IMG/VR virus record: IMGVR_UViG_3300043427_004512 | Reading direction: 5' to 3' (one strand) | Length of the DNA stretch: 64,000 nucleotides | Origin: a virus | Lineage: Duplodnaviria > Heunggongvirae > Uroviricota > Caudoviricetes | Part shown: positions 45,727 through 55,432 of the stretch, in pieces | Numbering within the stretch: the stretch's first letter is position 1 | Layout of the letters: each line of letters starts with the position of its first letter | The notes under the pieces: generated by a model | Database searches by the model: none | What the model saw: the letters and a program-made list of their open reading frames with translations, nothing else | What the model was told of the DNA's origin: nothing | Program-made: the position numbers and the translations under genes

Positions 45727-46089
45727 TTATTTTTTATTTAGTTGATTAAGAAATATTATTACTTCGTTTAATTCACTTGGTTTATGATAAATACAAACTC
45801 CAAATGAATATGTGGATTTTTTATCACCAAAGGGTGGAATAAATAATTTATCCCAACATATATAAAATCCACTCGAGGATTGATAAGTTTTTTTCAAGTA
45901 TTCGACTTTCCCATCTTGAATTTCAGAATCACAATAAACTAATTTTAGGTTTCTGTTATTATCAATTTTAGAAGTTTCCTCTAAATCTTTTTTTAATTTC
46001 ATGACTGAGAAAACCCCTTGTTCTGATTCCAATTTTTTTATATAATCATTTTTTACCATAAGAAATTTGTTATATCTACGCTGTTCCAA
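45727..46089 (-). CDS. hypothetical protein
   Basis: 120 aa. Confidence 0.4.
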   Translation of the reverse strand: MEQRRYNKFLMVKNDYIKKLESEQGVFSVMKLKKDLEETSKIDNNRNLKLVYCDSEIQDGKVEYLKKTYQSSSGFYICWDKLFIPPFGDKKSTYSFGVCIYHKPSELNEVIIFLNQLNKK

Positions 46090-47657
46090 AATGGAGAACC
46101 ATACTTATCCCAATCTGAATCAGAGACTAATTTTTTTCCATTTGGGAACTCTCTTGTTATGGATGGACTACCAAACTCCTTTGAGGTGATGTTGCTCAAT
46201 CTATCCATAATAGTATTTTTAGGTAAAATCCATTCCTCGCTGAGTTTACCATTAAATCTTCCCAAATATTGTGGACAAGTAAATATTAATTTTTCTTTTT
46301 CTTTATAGAACTGTATTTCCATTGTCGCCCTTTCCTCAGAGTCTTTAGAATTTTTTCTTATTGATAATATTAATGATGATGGCTTACCGATATAACTCCT
46401 AACACAATTAGATTGAATTGAACTCTCCTGATTATAATTTTCACTCGACAACAATATGATTGGAAAATATGTATTTTTTTCTAACTCGATGGGTTGTTGT
46501 AATTTGTATATTAAATCATTTGAATAAACTCTGAAATATTTTCCATCATTATATTGTTGTACTAAATCGGTGAGGTAAATATGTTCATCGTTAAACGAAC
46601 TTACATCAATCGCTTTCCACTTCAAATTAGTTTCTCCAAATGACTTCAGTTGATTTATAAATCTTATGTGGTCTCTAAATGAATGTATATTAATTTTCTC
46701 ATCTAAAACTTCTAAAAATATTTTGAACATTTTTTTAAGTTCTGATTTGGTGAACTTGTCCGTGTGATTATAGTTCGGAAATAGATAATGATTATCTAAA
46801 GAGGTTGAGGGTTCTTTTTCGAGAATCTTTATGATTAATTTATAATCTTTATTTATCCAATCGTGAGGAAAAATATCATAAGCATCTTTCAAAAATTTTA
46901 AACCTATTTTATTTGTTAGATGAAGTGCTTTTTTCAAATTATTACCACTCAAATCGTTTTTTTCCATGAACGAATCAACCAATTTAAGATTTGTTTTTTT
47001 TAAATCTTTCATTTTCAAGGAATTTAAATTTGTGTTATAATAAACCTTAAAATTATTTGGATACTTGATATTTTTTTTATCTAAGTAGAATTTTAGAATT
47101 TGTTCCTGACAACTTGTATCTTGTTCAAAATTCAATGCTTTTTTAAACTCTGTGAGACAATCAAGAAAGATTGAATTACAATTCTCAGTAGCAATTTCTC
47201 TCCACACATTCATAATAACTTTAATGTAGTCGATTGAAAAATTATTTTTCTGAAAACTACTCCTGAATTTTCTCTTCTTATTATAATTCAATATTTGACC
47301 TTGGAAACAATCACCTGTTTTAGTATTAACAGTAAGGTATTTCATGTTTTTACTTACCATGAAATAAAATCTACCTGCCAATCTATTTCTTTTCCCCCAA
47401 AAAACTTTTAAAGAAACTTTATTTTCTTTTTTTTCTACGAGCAACATAGCATACTGTTTCTCTACAGAACACATGTAGTTGCCATAATTCTCAACAAAAG
47501 ATTCTTCAGTATAAAAAATTTGGTCGGGTAGAAATGCCTGTATTTTTTTCTTTGAGTAGAAATTTAATTCTCCCTCAGAGAACCCTTCAATATTACAATA
47601 ATCCTTGTTTTTACACGTAATGAACTTAACAAAAGAATGTTTGAAGACTTCGGACAT
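46053..47657 (-). CDS. hypothetical protein, 534 aa
   Basis: ORF track. Confidence 0.45.
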   Translation of the reverse strand: MSEVFKHSFVKFITCKNKDYCNIEGFSEGELNFYSKKKIQAFLPDQIFYTEESFVENYGNYMCSVEKQYAMLLVEKKENKVSLKVFWGKRNRLAGRFYFMVSKNMKYLTVNTKTGDCFQGQILNYNKKRKFRSSFQKNNFSIDYIKVIMNVWREIATENCNSIFLDCLTEFKKALNFEQDTSCQEQILKFYLDKKNIKYPNNFKVYYNTNLNSLKMKDLKKTNLKLVDSFMEKNDLSGNNLKKALHLTNKIGLKFLKDAYDIFPHDWINKDYKLIIKILEKEPSTSLDNHYLFPNYNHTDKFTKSELKKMFKIFLEVLDEKINIHSFRDHIRFINQLKSFGETNLKWKAIDVSSFNDEHIYLTDLVQQYNDGKYFRVYSNDLIYKLQQPIELEKNTYFPIILLSSENYNQESSIQSNCVRSYIGKPSSLILSIRKNSKDSEERATMEIQFYKEKEKLIFTCPQYLGRFNGKLSEEWILPKNTIMDRLSNITSKEFGSPSITREFPNGKKLVSDSDWDKYGSPFWNSVDITNFLW

Positions 47658-47676
47658 GGAACAAAATTAATAAAAA

Positions 47677-47700
47677 AAGAGGATAAAATCCTCTTTTTTC
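47677..47700. terminator. bidirectional terminator (A7 AGAGGAT-aaa-ATCCTCT T6)
   Basis: read from the sequence. Confidence 0.55.
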
Positions 47701-47709
47701 AAATTATTT

Positions 47710-47994
47710 TTAGTTCCAACAAATATACCCCCATTTAGTCTGAAGATGAATTCTATCTAAGTTCTTTTTAACTAAATGTTCTTTATCGTTAATTTCTAAA
47801 CAAATATCAATGAATTGTTGTTGGGTTAAAACAACCTCATCTCCTTTTTCAGCGTTTTCCAAAGCTCTTTGTTTAATCTTATCGAAGAAAATGTATTTTT
47901 TTTCCTCCGAGACAAAATTGTAGAGGTCGGAAGGGTTTTCACTAAAAAACTTGATGACTCCATTCATATAAATTTCTACATCAAGGTTATTCAT
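47710..47994 (-). CDS. hypothetical protein
   Basis: 94 aa. Confidence 0.4.
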   Translation of the reverse strand: MNNLDVEIYMNGVIKFFSENPSDLYNFVSEEKKYIFFDKIKQRALENAEKGDEVVLTQQQFIDICLEINDKEHLVKKNLDRIHLQTKWGYICWN

Positions 47995-48000
47995 ATTAAA

Positions 48001-49368
48001 TTAATTTGATTCGCTTTGAAAATCCCAAATATTGTCTCCCATGTCCTGTGCTCGTGTCTTAAAGTTTTCAGGTACTTTAACGTTATTTGAACCTCTCAAA
48101 TTAACAACAACAATCGACTCCATTTCACCGATACACTCAGGGATTTCCTGAAGTTCGGAGTTGTTAATTAATGAAATAAAGTTAAGATTTTTGAGTTCAC
48201 AAATCTCTTGAGGTACACTTCTTATACAATTGAAACAAGCAAGGAACTCTAAATTTTTGAATCTAGTTATACTTGGTGGAATGTCTATAATGACGTTGTC
48301 TCCTGCTCTATTACTCATGGATATTTGTTCAAGAGTTTCAGGTAATGTTTCAAAAAGGTCTTCCAATCCATAAAGTGCTGCATACTTACCAACGGGTCCG
48401 CTTGAAAAAGAACTGATGTCCAAAACATCACCTTTCGTGACCAATCCTTGAGCAAAATATGGTTTAAACAATTCCTTTAATTCGGACATTTTTCCGTTCA
48501 GTAGCCCTATTAAATCCACTTGTCTGTCATTTACGTCCATAAATTGTTGGTCTTCGAAATGAAACTGATACCTCTCAGCGGGAAGTCCAGATTTTTCACC
48601 TACTTTACCAGTCCAATTATTTGGAATGACTACATATAAAGGACCTTTGGCAATATATCTTTCGAACCAATTATATCCAGCAGATGAAGTACACCAGTTG
48701 GTTTCTCCTTTACCTGATTCCATATGCCAACCACCGAAGAAACAAGCTGCATTCTTTCCGAGTGCTCCTGTGTCAGTAATTTTAACAACTGTCCAATCTT
48801 TACCTCTAAAAATTACTTCACTACCAGGGTATTCATATGTTTTTTTTGCCTCTTCTTTTTCTTGTTTTGTACCCTTTGTCTTCTCTAAAGAAAAATCTTT
48901 TACTTTATCATAAAGTTGGTCAGGAGTAAGTTTTTGGAGGTCTCTTTCACCTTCTATTCTTTCCTTAAACCTCATAAACTTTTGAAGGTTTGTGGTAATT
49001 TTGTATAAATTTTCCAAATATAGTTCTCTTGCAGTCTTGAGTGCATTTTTATACTCTGCAGAGTCTTTCGGAAAATCTTTGTATTCACCTAAGTCAGGAT
49101 TGAGATAGTGTTTGATAATCCATGGGACATATCCTCCAGGTTTTATTTGTCTTAGCTCTTCATCATTAGCATTTTCGATGTCTACTTGATTTAATTTAGT
49201 TCTTGGGTCGCCTTGTACTAATTGAATAAACTCCTCTCTACTTAAAAGAGGCTTAAGTTTTTTACCTTCTTTGGATTCTGTTGGCTTCAAGAATTTATCT
49301 ATCATGAAGTCAATCTTCTCAGCTTCACTAATAAGTTGTTTTAAAATTGACGTAAATTTGACTGACAT
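48001..49368 (-). CDS. protein with GxGxTNWCT domain and C-terminal leucine-rich repeats
   Basis: FKNLEFLACFNCIRSVPQEICELKNLNFISLINNSELQEIPECIG has LRR-like periodicity. Confidence 0.5.
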   Translation of the reverse strand: MSVKFTSILKQLISEAEKIDFMIDKFLKPTESKEGKKLKPLLSREEFIQLVQGDPRTKLNQVDIENANDEELRQIKPGGYVPWIIKHYLNPDLGEYKDFPKDSAEYKNALKTARELYLENLYKITTNLQKFMRFKERIEGERDLQKLTPDQLYDKVKDFSLEKTKGTKQEKEEAKKTYEYPGSEVIFRGKDWTVVKITDTGALGKNAACFFGGWHMESGKGETNWCTSSAGYNWFERYIAKGPLYVVIPNNWTGKVGEKSGLPAERYQFHFEDQQFMDVNDRQVDLIGLLNGKMSELKELFKPYFAQGLVTKGDVLDISSFSSGPVGKYAALYGLEDLFETLPETLEQISMSNRAGDNVIIDIPPSITRFKNLEFLACFNCIRSVPQEICELKNLNFISLINNSELQEIPECIGEMESIVVVNLRGSNNVKVPENFKTRAQDMGDNIWDFQSESN

Positions 49369-49413
49369 TTCGAAAATAATTTAATTATAAATACTAGCTC
49401 AACACAAAAATAA

Positions 49414-50253
49414 CTAATAATTCAATATCAACAACTCTTCTGCTAAATTTTGTTTTATCCCTTTTTTTGCCGACGCAGCTTTAGCAAAACTCTTTTTTTC
49501 CCATCTATACTCTTCTTCAGGAAACCACTCGTGTAATTGTGGAAAATCATAATAAGAAAGACTGAATTTAGACTGAACTTTATTTAATACATTTGCCAGC
49601 CTTTCGTGGTCATTTCTATCAAAATCATGATTGGAATAATAGTTCTCAGTTTTCCAATAAGGTGGGTCCAAATATATGTAGGTACTTTTACTATCAAACT
49701 CGTCAATAACTTGTTGGAAATCCATATTTCTAACTTCAGTAATCTTCAAGAAATGTTCCAACCAAACAGGCTTACTCAGTTTGTCTCTAAATGCAAGATA
49801 CTTGGACCTATATTTACCCTTCAAGTCGATGAATGAGGATGATTCAGGTTTACTACCTGAAAAGACTTGCGTGACCACATAAACATATTTTGCCGCAACT
49901 TCATAACTTGGGTAGTTAATCGTAAATCCTGATGAGAATACTTCTCTTTGGTATTCTTCGAACCTTGTACGAAATTCTAATGGTGTGTTCTCTACCCCAA
50001 ATTGTTGTACTGGAAGCTGGTCCAAAGCTCTTTGTAGCTCAGAGGGATTTTGGACACACATGAAGAGGTTATAATTAAGTGGGTTAAAGTCATTATAGAC
50101 AACTTGTTTGAGGTTCGGGAATTGACTTAAATCCATGTTATAGAAACACCAAAACATTCCTCCGAATGTTTCCAAGTATACCTCCATATCTTTCGGATAA
50201 AGGTCAACAATCCATTTTCCTATTTTTGATTTACCTCCAATATAACTTAACAT
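49414..50253 (-). CDS. dam: Dam-like N6-adenine DNA methyltransferase (D12 class)
   Basis: N-terminal YIGGKSKIG and DPPY (LDPPYWKTENYY). Confidence 0.75.
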   Translation of the reverse strand: MLSYIGGKSKIGKWIVDLYPKDMEVYLETFGGMFWCFYNMDLSQFPNLKQVVYNDFNPLNYNLFMCVQNPSELQRALDQLPVQQFGVENTPLEFRTRFEEYQREVFSSGFTINYPSYEVAAKYVYVVTQVFSGSKPESSSFIDLKGKYRSKYLAFRDKLSKPVWLEHFLKITEVRNMDFQQVIDEFDSKSTYIYLDPPYWKTENYYSNHDFDRNDHERLANVLNKVQSKFSLSYYDFPQLHEWFPEEEYRWEKKSFAKAASAKKGIKQNLAEELLILNY

Positions 50254-50289
50254 GAATCAAATGTAATAAATAAATTTCAAAAAGCAAAC

Positions 50290-50571
50290 TTACTTATAAC
50301 AATTCTTGTAGGGTCTACAACTGGCTTTCTGTGTAAAACCCATCTCATCACAAGGAGTAGAATTACAATAGGATTTACTATATTTTCTTGGCTTCTTAAA
50401 TTTCTTTGAGTTCTTTTCTTCCAAATATTGGTGAATAACTCTACGAATAATTTGTTCCGAAATCATAATTATAAATATGGCAGAAAAAAAATGTAAATCA
50501 TGTAGTAAACCAATAAGAAATGTTGAGTTTCGTATGGTTTTTTGGGGAATTGTTATTTCATCGTTCACCAT
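50290..50571 (-). CDS. small membrane protein with Cys-rich tail
   Basis: TM plus CNSTPCDEMGFTQKASCRPYKNC. Confidence 0.35.
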   Translation of the reverse strand: MVNDEITIPQKTIRNSTFLIGLLHDLHFFSAIFIIMISEQIIRRVIHQYLEEKNSKKFKKPRKYSKSYCNSTPCDEMGFTQKASCRPYKNCYK

Positions 50572-50605
50572 TTACGGATTCTACGAAGCCGTAAGCAAAC
50601 TAATA

Positions 50606-51532
50606 TCACTTATTAATTGAGTCTCTTTCGAATTTTACATGTAGTTTGACATAAAAATCTCCTCCATTAAATCCTTTACCTCTTATCCTCAACGGTTTAG
50701 AGCTGTCAAATATTTTCGGTGCACTAATTTTGAGTTCTCCGTCAGGATGTGGGACAATATAGTTGTCATTACATAATGATTCATAATTTAGAGACAAATT
50801 ATATATTAAATCATTATTGAGTTTTTCGAATTCATTTGGAGTTATTTGAATTTGTAAAACCAAATCTCCGAATTGACCACTGTTGAAATCCCCTAAATTT
50901 TCTAACTTCAGAAACTGACCATCATCAACTCCATGTGGTAAATTAATTTTTATATCATTAGATTCGGATTTAACACCTCTACCATCACAATAAAAACATT
51001 TATGAACTAGTGTAAACCCTCTACCCCCACATGTCTCACAAGCGGTTAATATTTGTTGAACCATAAACCCAGTTCCGAATGTTTTCACTTTTTGTCCTGC
51101 ACCATTACATGATGCACAAGTTTGTCTTTCTCCACCTGAGCCATTACAATTAACACAAGGATTATTTCTCATGTAAATTATTGATTTCTCAGAACCGAGA
51201 TAAGATTCTAAAGGATTTACTTGCACTTTTAAGACTTTGTCAGGAGCACTTTTCCTTTGTTGTCTTTGACCGAACGGATTTCTACCAAAGATATTATTAA
51301 AAATGTTGTCAAAATTTCCTCCTTGGAATGGGTTATTTTTTTTATTGTTATATTCCGCTCTTTTTTGAGGTGTCCCGATGTTCTCGTATGCCTCGGCAAT
51401 TTCCTTGAATTGTTCTTCTCCCTGTGGATTAACGTCGGGATGATATTTCCTTGATAGGATTCTGTATTGTTTTTTTATTTCTTCATCAGACGCATTCTCT
51501 TCAACTCCTAAAATTTTATAGTAATCTTTCAT
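50606..51532 (-). CDS. dnaJ: DnaJ-like chaperone (J domain plus CxxCxGxG zinc finger)
   Basis: DYYKILGVEENASDEEIKKQYRILSRKYHPDVN; CVNCNGSGG, CASCNGAG, CETCGGRG, CFYCDGRG. Confidence 0.8.
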   Translation of the reverse strand: MKDYYKILGVEENASDEEIKKQYRILSRKYHPDVNPQGEEQFKEIAEAYENIGTPQKRAEYNNKKNNPFQGGNFDNIFNNIFGRNPFGQRQQRKSAPDKVLKVQVNPLESYLGSEKSIIYMRNNPCVNCNGSGGERQTCASCNGAGQKVKTFGTGFMVQQILTACETCGGRGFTLVHKCFYCDGRGVKSESNDIKINLPHGVDDGQFLKLENLGDFNSGQFGDLVLQIQITPNEFEKLNNDLIYNLSLNYESLCNDNYIVPHPDGELKISAPKIFDSSKPLRIRGKGFNGGDFYVKLHVKFERDSINK

Positions 51533-51533
51533 T

Positions 51534-52184
51534 ATGGAAAATTATTTGATTGTATTATTTGATAATAAACTTAAAAAGAAAATAATAAAAAAATATATAA
51601 CTTACAACAAGGCAAAAAATTATTTTGATTCATGTTTAAAGAAAAATGAGGAAGTCATTTTTAATAAAGAGGTGAAAAATGGTTTTGAAGCCAAATACGA
51701 GTTAGGACTGGTTGAGATGAGTAATAAACAATTATTACCTGTGTACCTTACCGATGAGATGGGAAGAAATATCAAAGTAAGACTCGAAAATGAAAACATG
51801 ACGCTAATTCAAATTTCAGATTATAAGATAGAAGAAGAAATTTACGACCATCAGTCAAAGAAAAAAATTGATTCTCATACATTGATTAAAAAATATATAA
51901 AAAAAGAAAACATCAAGTTAGTTTCAAATCTAAATAACAAATTGATAATACAGAATGAAGAACAAATAAGTATTTTTTCAACCAAAAATGAAAATGAATC
52001 TTTGAGACTTTTGGATAGTTTATCTATGTATTTTTTCAAAAACAAAAGGGGAGATTGTATCTTTGTGAAAACAATATCGTCAGCTCAAAAAAAATATCTT
52101 ATTGACCTATTATCTTCAAAAGGATTCGATAAAAAAATGCTTTACAGGAAATATACTACTTTTCCTCGTCAGTCTTCAAAATGA
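51534..52184 (+). CDS. hypothetical protein
   Basis: 216 aa. Confidence 0.4.
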   Translation: MENYLIVLFDNKLKKKIIKKYITYNKAKNYFDSCLKKNEEVIFNKEVKNGFEAKYELGLVEMSNKQLLPVYLTDEMGRNIKVRLENENMTLIQISDYKIEEEIYDHQSKKKIDSHTLIKKYIKKENIKLVSNLNNKLIIQNEEQISIFSTKNENESLRLLDSLSMYFFKNKRGDCIFVKTISSAQKKYLIDLLSSKGFDKKMLYRKYTTFPRQSSK

Positions 52185-52389
52185 ACACGAAGTCTATCCC
52201 CGAAATTTCTATCGTAAATTGTTTGTGATGTCTATCTATTTCTCTGAAATGATTTATAACACCATTATATTCCTCTTTGTCTAACTCGAAAACGACCATT
52301 GTTTGTCCTTTGAATAAATCTTGAAAAGAGTCGGCAAGAAGTGCCAATTTTTCTAAGACCCCCAAATCATTATTTTTATTTTCTTCCAT
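52156..52389 (-). CDS. hypothetical protein
   Basis: 77 aa. Confidence 0.3.
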   Translation of the reverse strand: MEENKNNDLGVLEKLALLADSFQDLFKGQTMVVFELDKEEYNGVINHFREIDRHHKQFTIEISGIDFVFILKTDEEK

Positions 52390-52556
52390 ATTGATATTTT
52401 TTCTGTTTGGGGTTTGAAAATTTTATTTTTATCTAAACCTTTAATCTCGTTAATATAATCAAGTTTAGACTTGTCTAATTGAATCTGGTCTTTTCTTTTT
52501 TCTTTTTCAAGCCAATTCAATATCGTCTGAAATCTGTCTTTCTTCTGTGTCATCAA
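52353..52556 (-). CDS. hypothetical protein
   Basis: 67 aa. Confidence 0.3.
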   Translation of the reverse strand: MMTQKKDRFQTILNWLEKEKRKDQIQLDKSKLDYINEIKGLDKNKIFKPQTEKISIWKKIKIMIWGS

Positions 52557-52935
52557 TCAACGGTTGTTCTATTTTGAAGTCAAAATATAAATTTTTCAAC
52601 TTTTCTAAATCATTTTTCTCAAAAGTCTTTTTCAAGGAGTCTATTGTTTCTTTGAAGAGTTTTTCTTTGATTTCCTTATCCTTATTTAACTTTATAGTTT
52701 TTTTGATTTTATCGATTGTCATGTCAATTTCAGAATCTGAAATACTACAAACGAATGAATACCCTTTGAATCCGTCGTCCTGCAAGTCAAAAGGTACTAA
52801 TTTACCCTCATCAACTATACTTTTGGGAATACCCCACTTCTCAGGAATTCTAAGGTCAAAAGTAATAAAGTCTTCTAACTTTCTTATCGAAATTAAGAAT
52901 TCCGAAAGGAAAAAAATTGTTTCGTTAAATGTCAT
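52507..52935 (-). CDS. hypothetical protein
   Basis: 142 aa. Confidence 0.4.
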   Translation of the reverse strand: MTFNETIFFLSEFLISIRKLEDFITFDLRIPEKWGIPKSIVDEGKLVPFDLQDDGFKGYSFVCSISDSEIDMTIDKIKKTIKLNKDKEIKEKLFKETIDSLKKTFEKNDLEKLKNLYFDFKIEQPLIDDTEERQISDDIELA

Positions 52936-53003
52936 TATAATGAATGTAAGTAGGTTATAATATAACTTAAAGATAATCCTAAATAAATTAGGTCCCTATT
53001 ACT

Positions 53004-53068
53004 AAATTGAACTTGTTGTGGTTCTTTTTGTAATAGGGTTCCTAATATTTTAAAAAGGAATTTGACAT
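53004..53068. other. two adjacent intergenic hairpins (CCCTATTAC..26 nt..GTAATAGGG; TTCCT-aatattttaaaa-AGGAA) followed by an (AAAAT)3 tract
   Basis: perfect 9-bp and 5-bp inverted repeats downstream of the histone-like gene. Confidence 0.4.
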
Positions 53069-53115
53069 GTGTTAAAATGCTGAATATTAAAATAAAATAA
53101 AATAATGATTCAGTA

Positions 53116-53298
53116 TTAAGCATTTTCATTTTCTTTTTTGGATTCTAAAATTTCACCTCTGAGTTTTTGGAGTAGTGCCTTCAACTCTTGTGCAGATTTT
53201 CTAGCTCTCGTTCCTGCACTTTTGTTTCCTGCGAAGAACTTGGTAGTATCAACTGAAAGTTGTTCTGTGAGGGTTTTGATTTTTTCTAACGTTTCCAT
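53116..53298 (-). CDS. Bacteroidetes histone H1-like small DNA-binding protein
   Basis: FFAGNKSAGTRARKSAQELKALLQKLRGEI resembles the 60-aa Bacteroides histone-H1-like family. Confidence 0.45.
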   Translation of the reverse strand: METLEKIKTLTEQLSVDTTKFFAGNKSAGTRARKSAQELKALLQKLRGEILESKKENENA

Positions 53299-53371
53299 CT
53301 TATATATTTTATAAAATTTATTATCACTAAAATATAAAATAATCTTAGTATAGTCAATAAAGGGAGTTTAT

Positions 53372-53824
53372 TTATTCCATGTTTTTTTCCAAAAGATGAT
53401 AAACTTCTGTTAATATATCTAAATCAGATTTTGTAAATGGCTTTTCTAATTCGAAGACATCTTCTAAAAATTCAGGAATAGCAACTTTAAGGTTTTTATT
53501 ATTATAGAATGTGTCCGCAAAAAATGATTTGAAATAATCTTTATGTTGACCTTCTTTCTTGAACTTTATATTCTCTTTAGAGAAATTTTCTAAGTTGGTA
53601 GTCCAACACCATTCGAAATGAGATATTTTGTCTTCATCAGATAAAGCAATTTTGGTTTCACCATTTTCTTCACCCAGATACGTGTCTCTCATTATTTCAT
53701 AGAGTGATTTGAAAAAATCTCCAAATAGTTCAATTTTTTCATAATTCAAATTATGAACATTGAACCAAATAACTATTTCTTCTGCAGGTATAGGTTTAGA
53801 CATCCAATTAAAAAAATTCTCCAT
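53372..53824 (-). CDS. hypothetical protein
   Basis: 150 aa. Confidence 0.4.
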   Translation of the reverse strand: MENFFNWMSKPIPAEEIVIWFNVHNLNYEKIELFGDFFKSLYEIMRDTYLGEENGETKIALSDEDKISHFEWCWTTNLENFSKENIKFKKEGQHKDYFKSFFADTFYNNKNLKVAIPEFLEDVFELEKPFTKSDLDILTEVYHLLEKNME

Positions 53825-53869
53825 AGTTTTTTCTATGGAGAATATAATTAATAAATTATGATTGTGAAT

Positions 53870-55408
53870 TTATTGTGTTTTTTTGTTGTAATCGATTAAT
53901 CTGAACATTTTTATTACGTCTTCGTTAATCAATTTTTCTTTTTTGTCATTAGTAGACTCAAGTTTAGCAAACATAGAATCCAATTGCTCTTCCCCTTTAC
54001 CTTCTCCAGCCTCATCTACCGGTTGTGTCACTCTATTGTATGACCTCTTTTTCTCTTTTGAATATAAATTCAGTTCTCTTTTCTTATTTGCCTTTTCACC
54101 AACATCAGTCTTAACAGCGTTTGCCCATTCAGGGTTATTACCAGTTTTTGAAGAGCCAACTAAATTATTTTTTAACCATTCATCGTTAGGTTTGATTTCA
54201 TCATAGTCTGTATTTTCCAATCCAGGATATGCTAAATTCTCGATATATTCTTCAACCGCTTTGGATGGTTTATATGCCTTTTTTGTCATTTCACCTAATT
54301 CTCCATTTCCCTTAGGAAAGTTTTTCGGATTCATTTCAAATTTACCCTTTGAACCGTTTTTTAAATACTCTTTCATTTTCTTGGTTACTTCCTTTGCTTC
54401 TTCTTTATTGTCTTTTTCAGTTTTACTATTTGATTTTTCAACTTCCTTTAACCCGATTGGTGTTTGGACATTGATATTGTTTTTTACCTTACCTAATGTC
54501 TCTTCATTAACTATTTTTTCAATCAAGTCAATCAATTCATTTTCTGATAATACTAAAGTTTTTTTGTTGATATTTTCATCGAGCTTCCCCAAAGTCAAAG
54601 CCAAGTTTACTTGTTTAAGTAATTTAGAATCAGATGCAGAAAGTTTTTTGTCTCCTTCACTTTTTTTCATTAACTCTTTTTTTAAGGAGTTCAATTTAGA
54701 TTTTGGAATTTTTTCTCCTTCAGGAACTCCTAATTTTTTTCTCAAAGCACCCTTTTTCATTCCTGTCTTTTGAATCCATTTTTCTTCTTCCTTCATATCT
54801 TTTTTCTTAACAGATTCTTTAACAGGATAAGTTTTACCGTCAACATCAAAAGTTTTCTTGTTTTCTTTTCTCGCTTTTTCTAATTCACCTGAGAATGCAT
54901 TACCTTCTTCAGTTTCAGCTTCTCCTAAACCTTTAGCATGTCTAATTTTCAAAGGACCGAATTTTTCTTTATATCTGTTAAACATAGATTCACCTGATTT
55001 ATCAGGTGAAAACCATTTCACTTTATCTCCATACTTTTGGTTGAATGAATCAAATTCATCAAATTCTTCTTCGTCGTAATCAAAATCAAATTCGCCTGTA
55101 TATGGATAATCAGTCTCATCAAACCAATCTTCATCGTTAAAAGAAGCAAACCTTGTTCCTCTGTATCTTGGTTCTTTTTGTGAAAGTTTCTCAGCTTGGT
55201 GTTCTTCCTGCTCATCACCTTCATAGTCCCCAAATTCTTCTTTCGTTTCTTTTTTCTTACTTCCTAATTTTTTAAAATCAGCTTTATTTAATATACCTTT
55301 TGGTTTTGCAACATCTAATTTATGTTGACCTCCATGAAGTTTTTCAGAAAGCACTTCAGATAATATATCAGAAATTTTTTCCTCTATTTTTTTTTGGTAA
55401 TTTTTCAT
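53870..55408 (-). CDS. highly charged (K/E-rich) protein, 512 aa
   Basis: ORF track; low-complexity charged repeats. Confidence 0.45.
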   Translation of the reverse strand: MKNYQKKIEEKISDILSEVLSEKLHGGQHKLDVAKPKGILNKADFKKLGSKKKETKEEFGDYEGDEQEEHQAEKLSQKEPRYRGTRFASFNDEDWFDETDYPYTGEFDFDYDEEEFDEFDSFNQKYGDKVKWFSPDKSGESMFNRYKEKFGPLKIRHAKGLGEAETEEGNAFSGELEKARKENKKTFDVDGKTYPVKESVKKKDMKEEEKWIQKTGMKKGALRKKLGVPEGEKIPKSKLNSLKKELMKKSEGDKKLSASDSKLLKQVNLALTLGKLDENINKKTLVLSENELIDLIEKIVNEETLGKVKNNINVQTPIGLKEVEKSNSKTEKDNKEEAKEVTKKMKEYLKNGSKGKFEMNPKNFPKGNGELGEMTKKAYKPSKAVEEYIENLAYPGLENTDYDEIKPNDEWLKNNLVGSSKTGNNPEWANAVKTDVGEKANKKRELNLYSKEKKRSYNRVTQPVDEAGEGKGEEQLDSMFAKLESTNDKKEKLINEDVIKMFRLIDYNKKTQ

Positions 55409-55432
55409 TTTAACTTTTTATAATAAATATAT

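Noticed and set aside
53086-53102. CRISPR-like or tandem repeat array
   Set aside because: Only three units of a 5-nt AAAAT repeat are present. There are no spacer-repeat arrays anywhere in the window.
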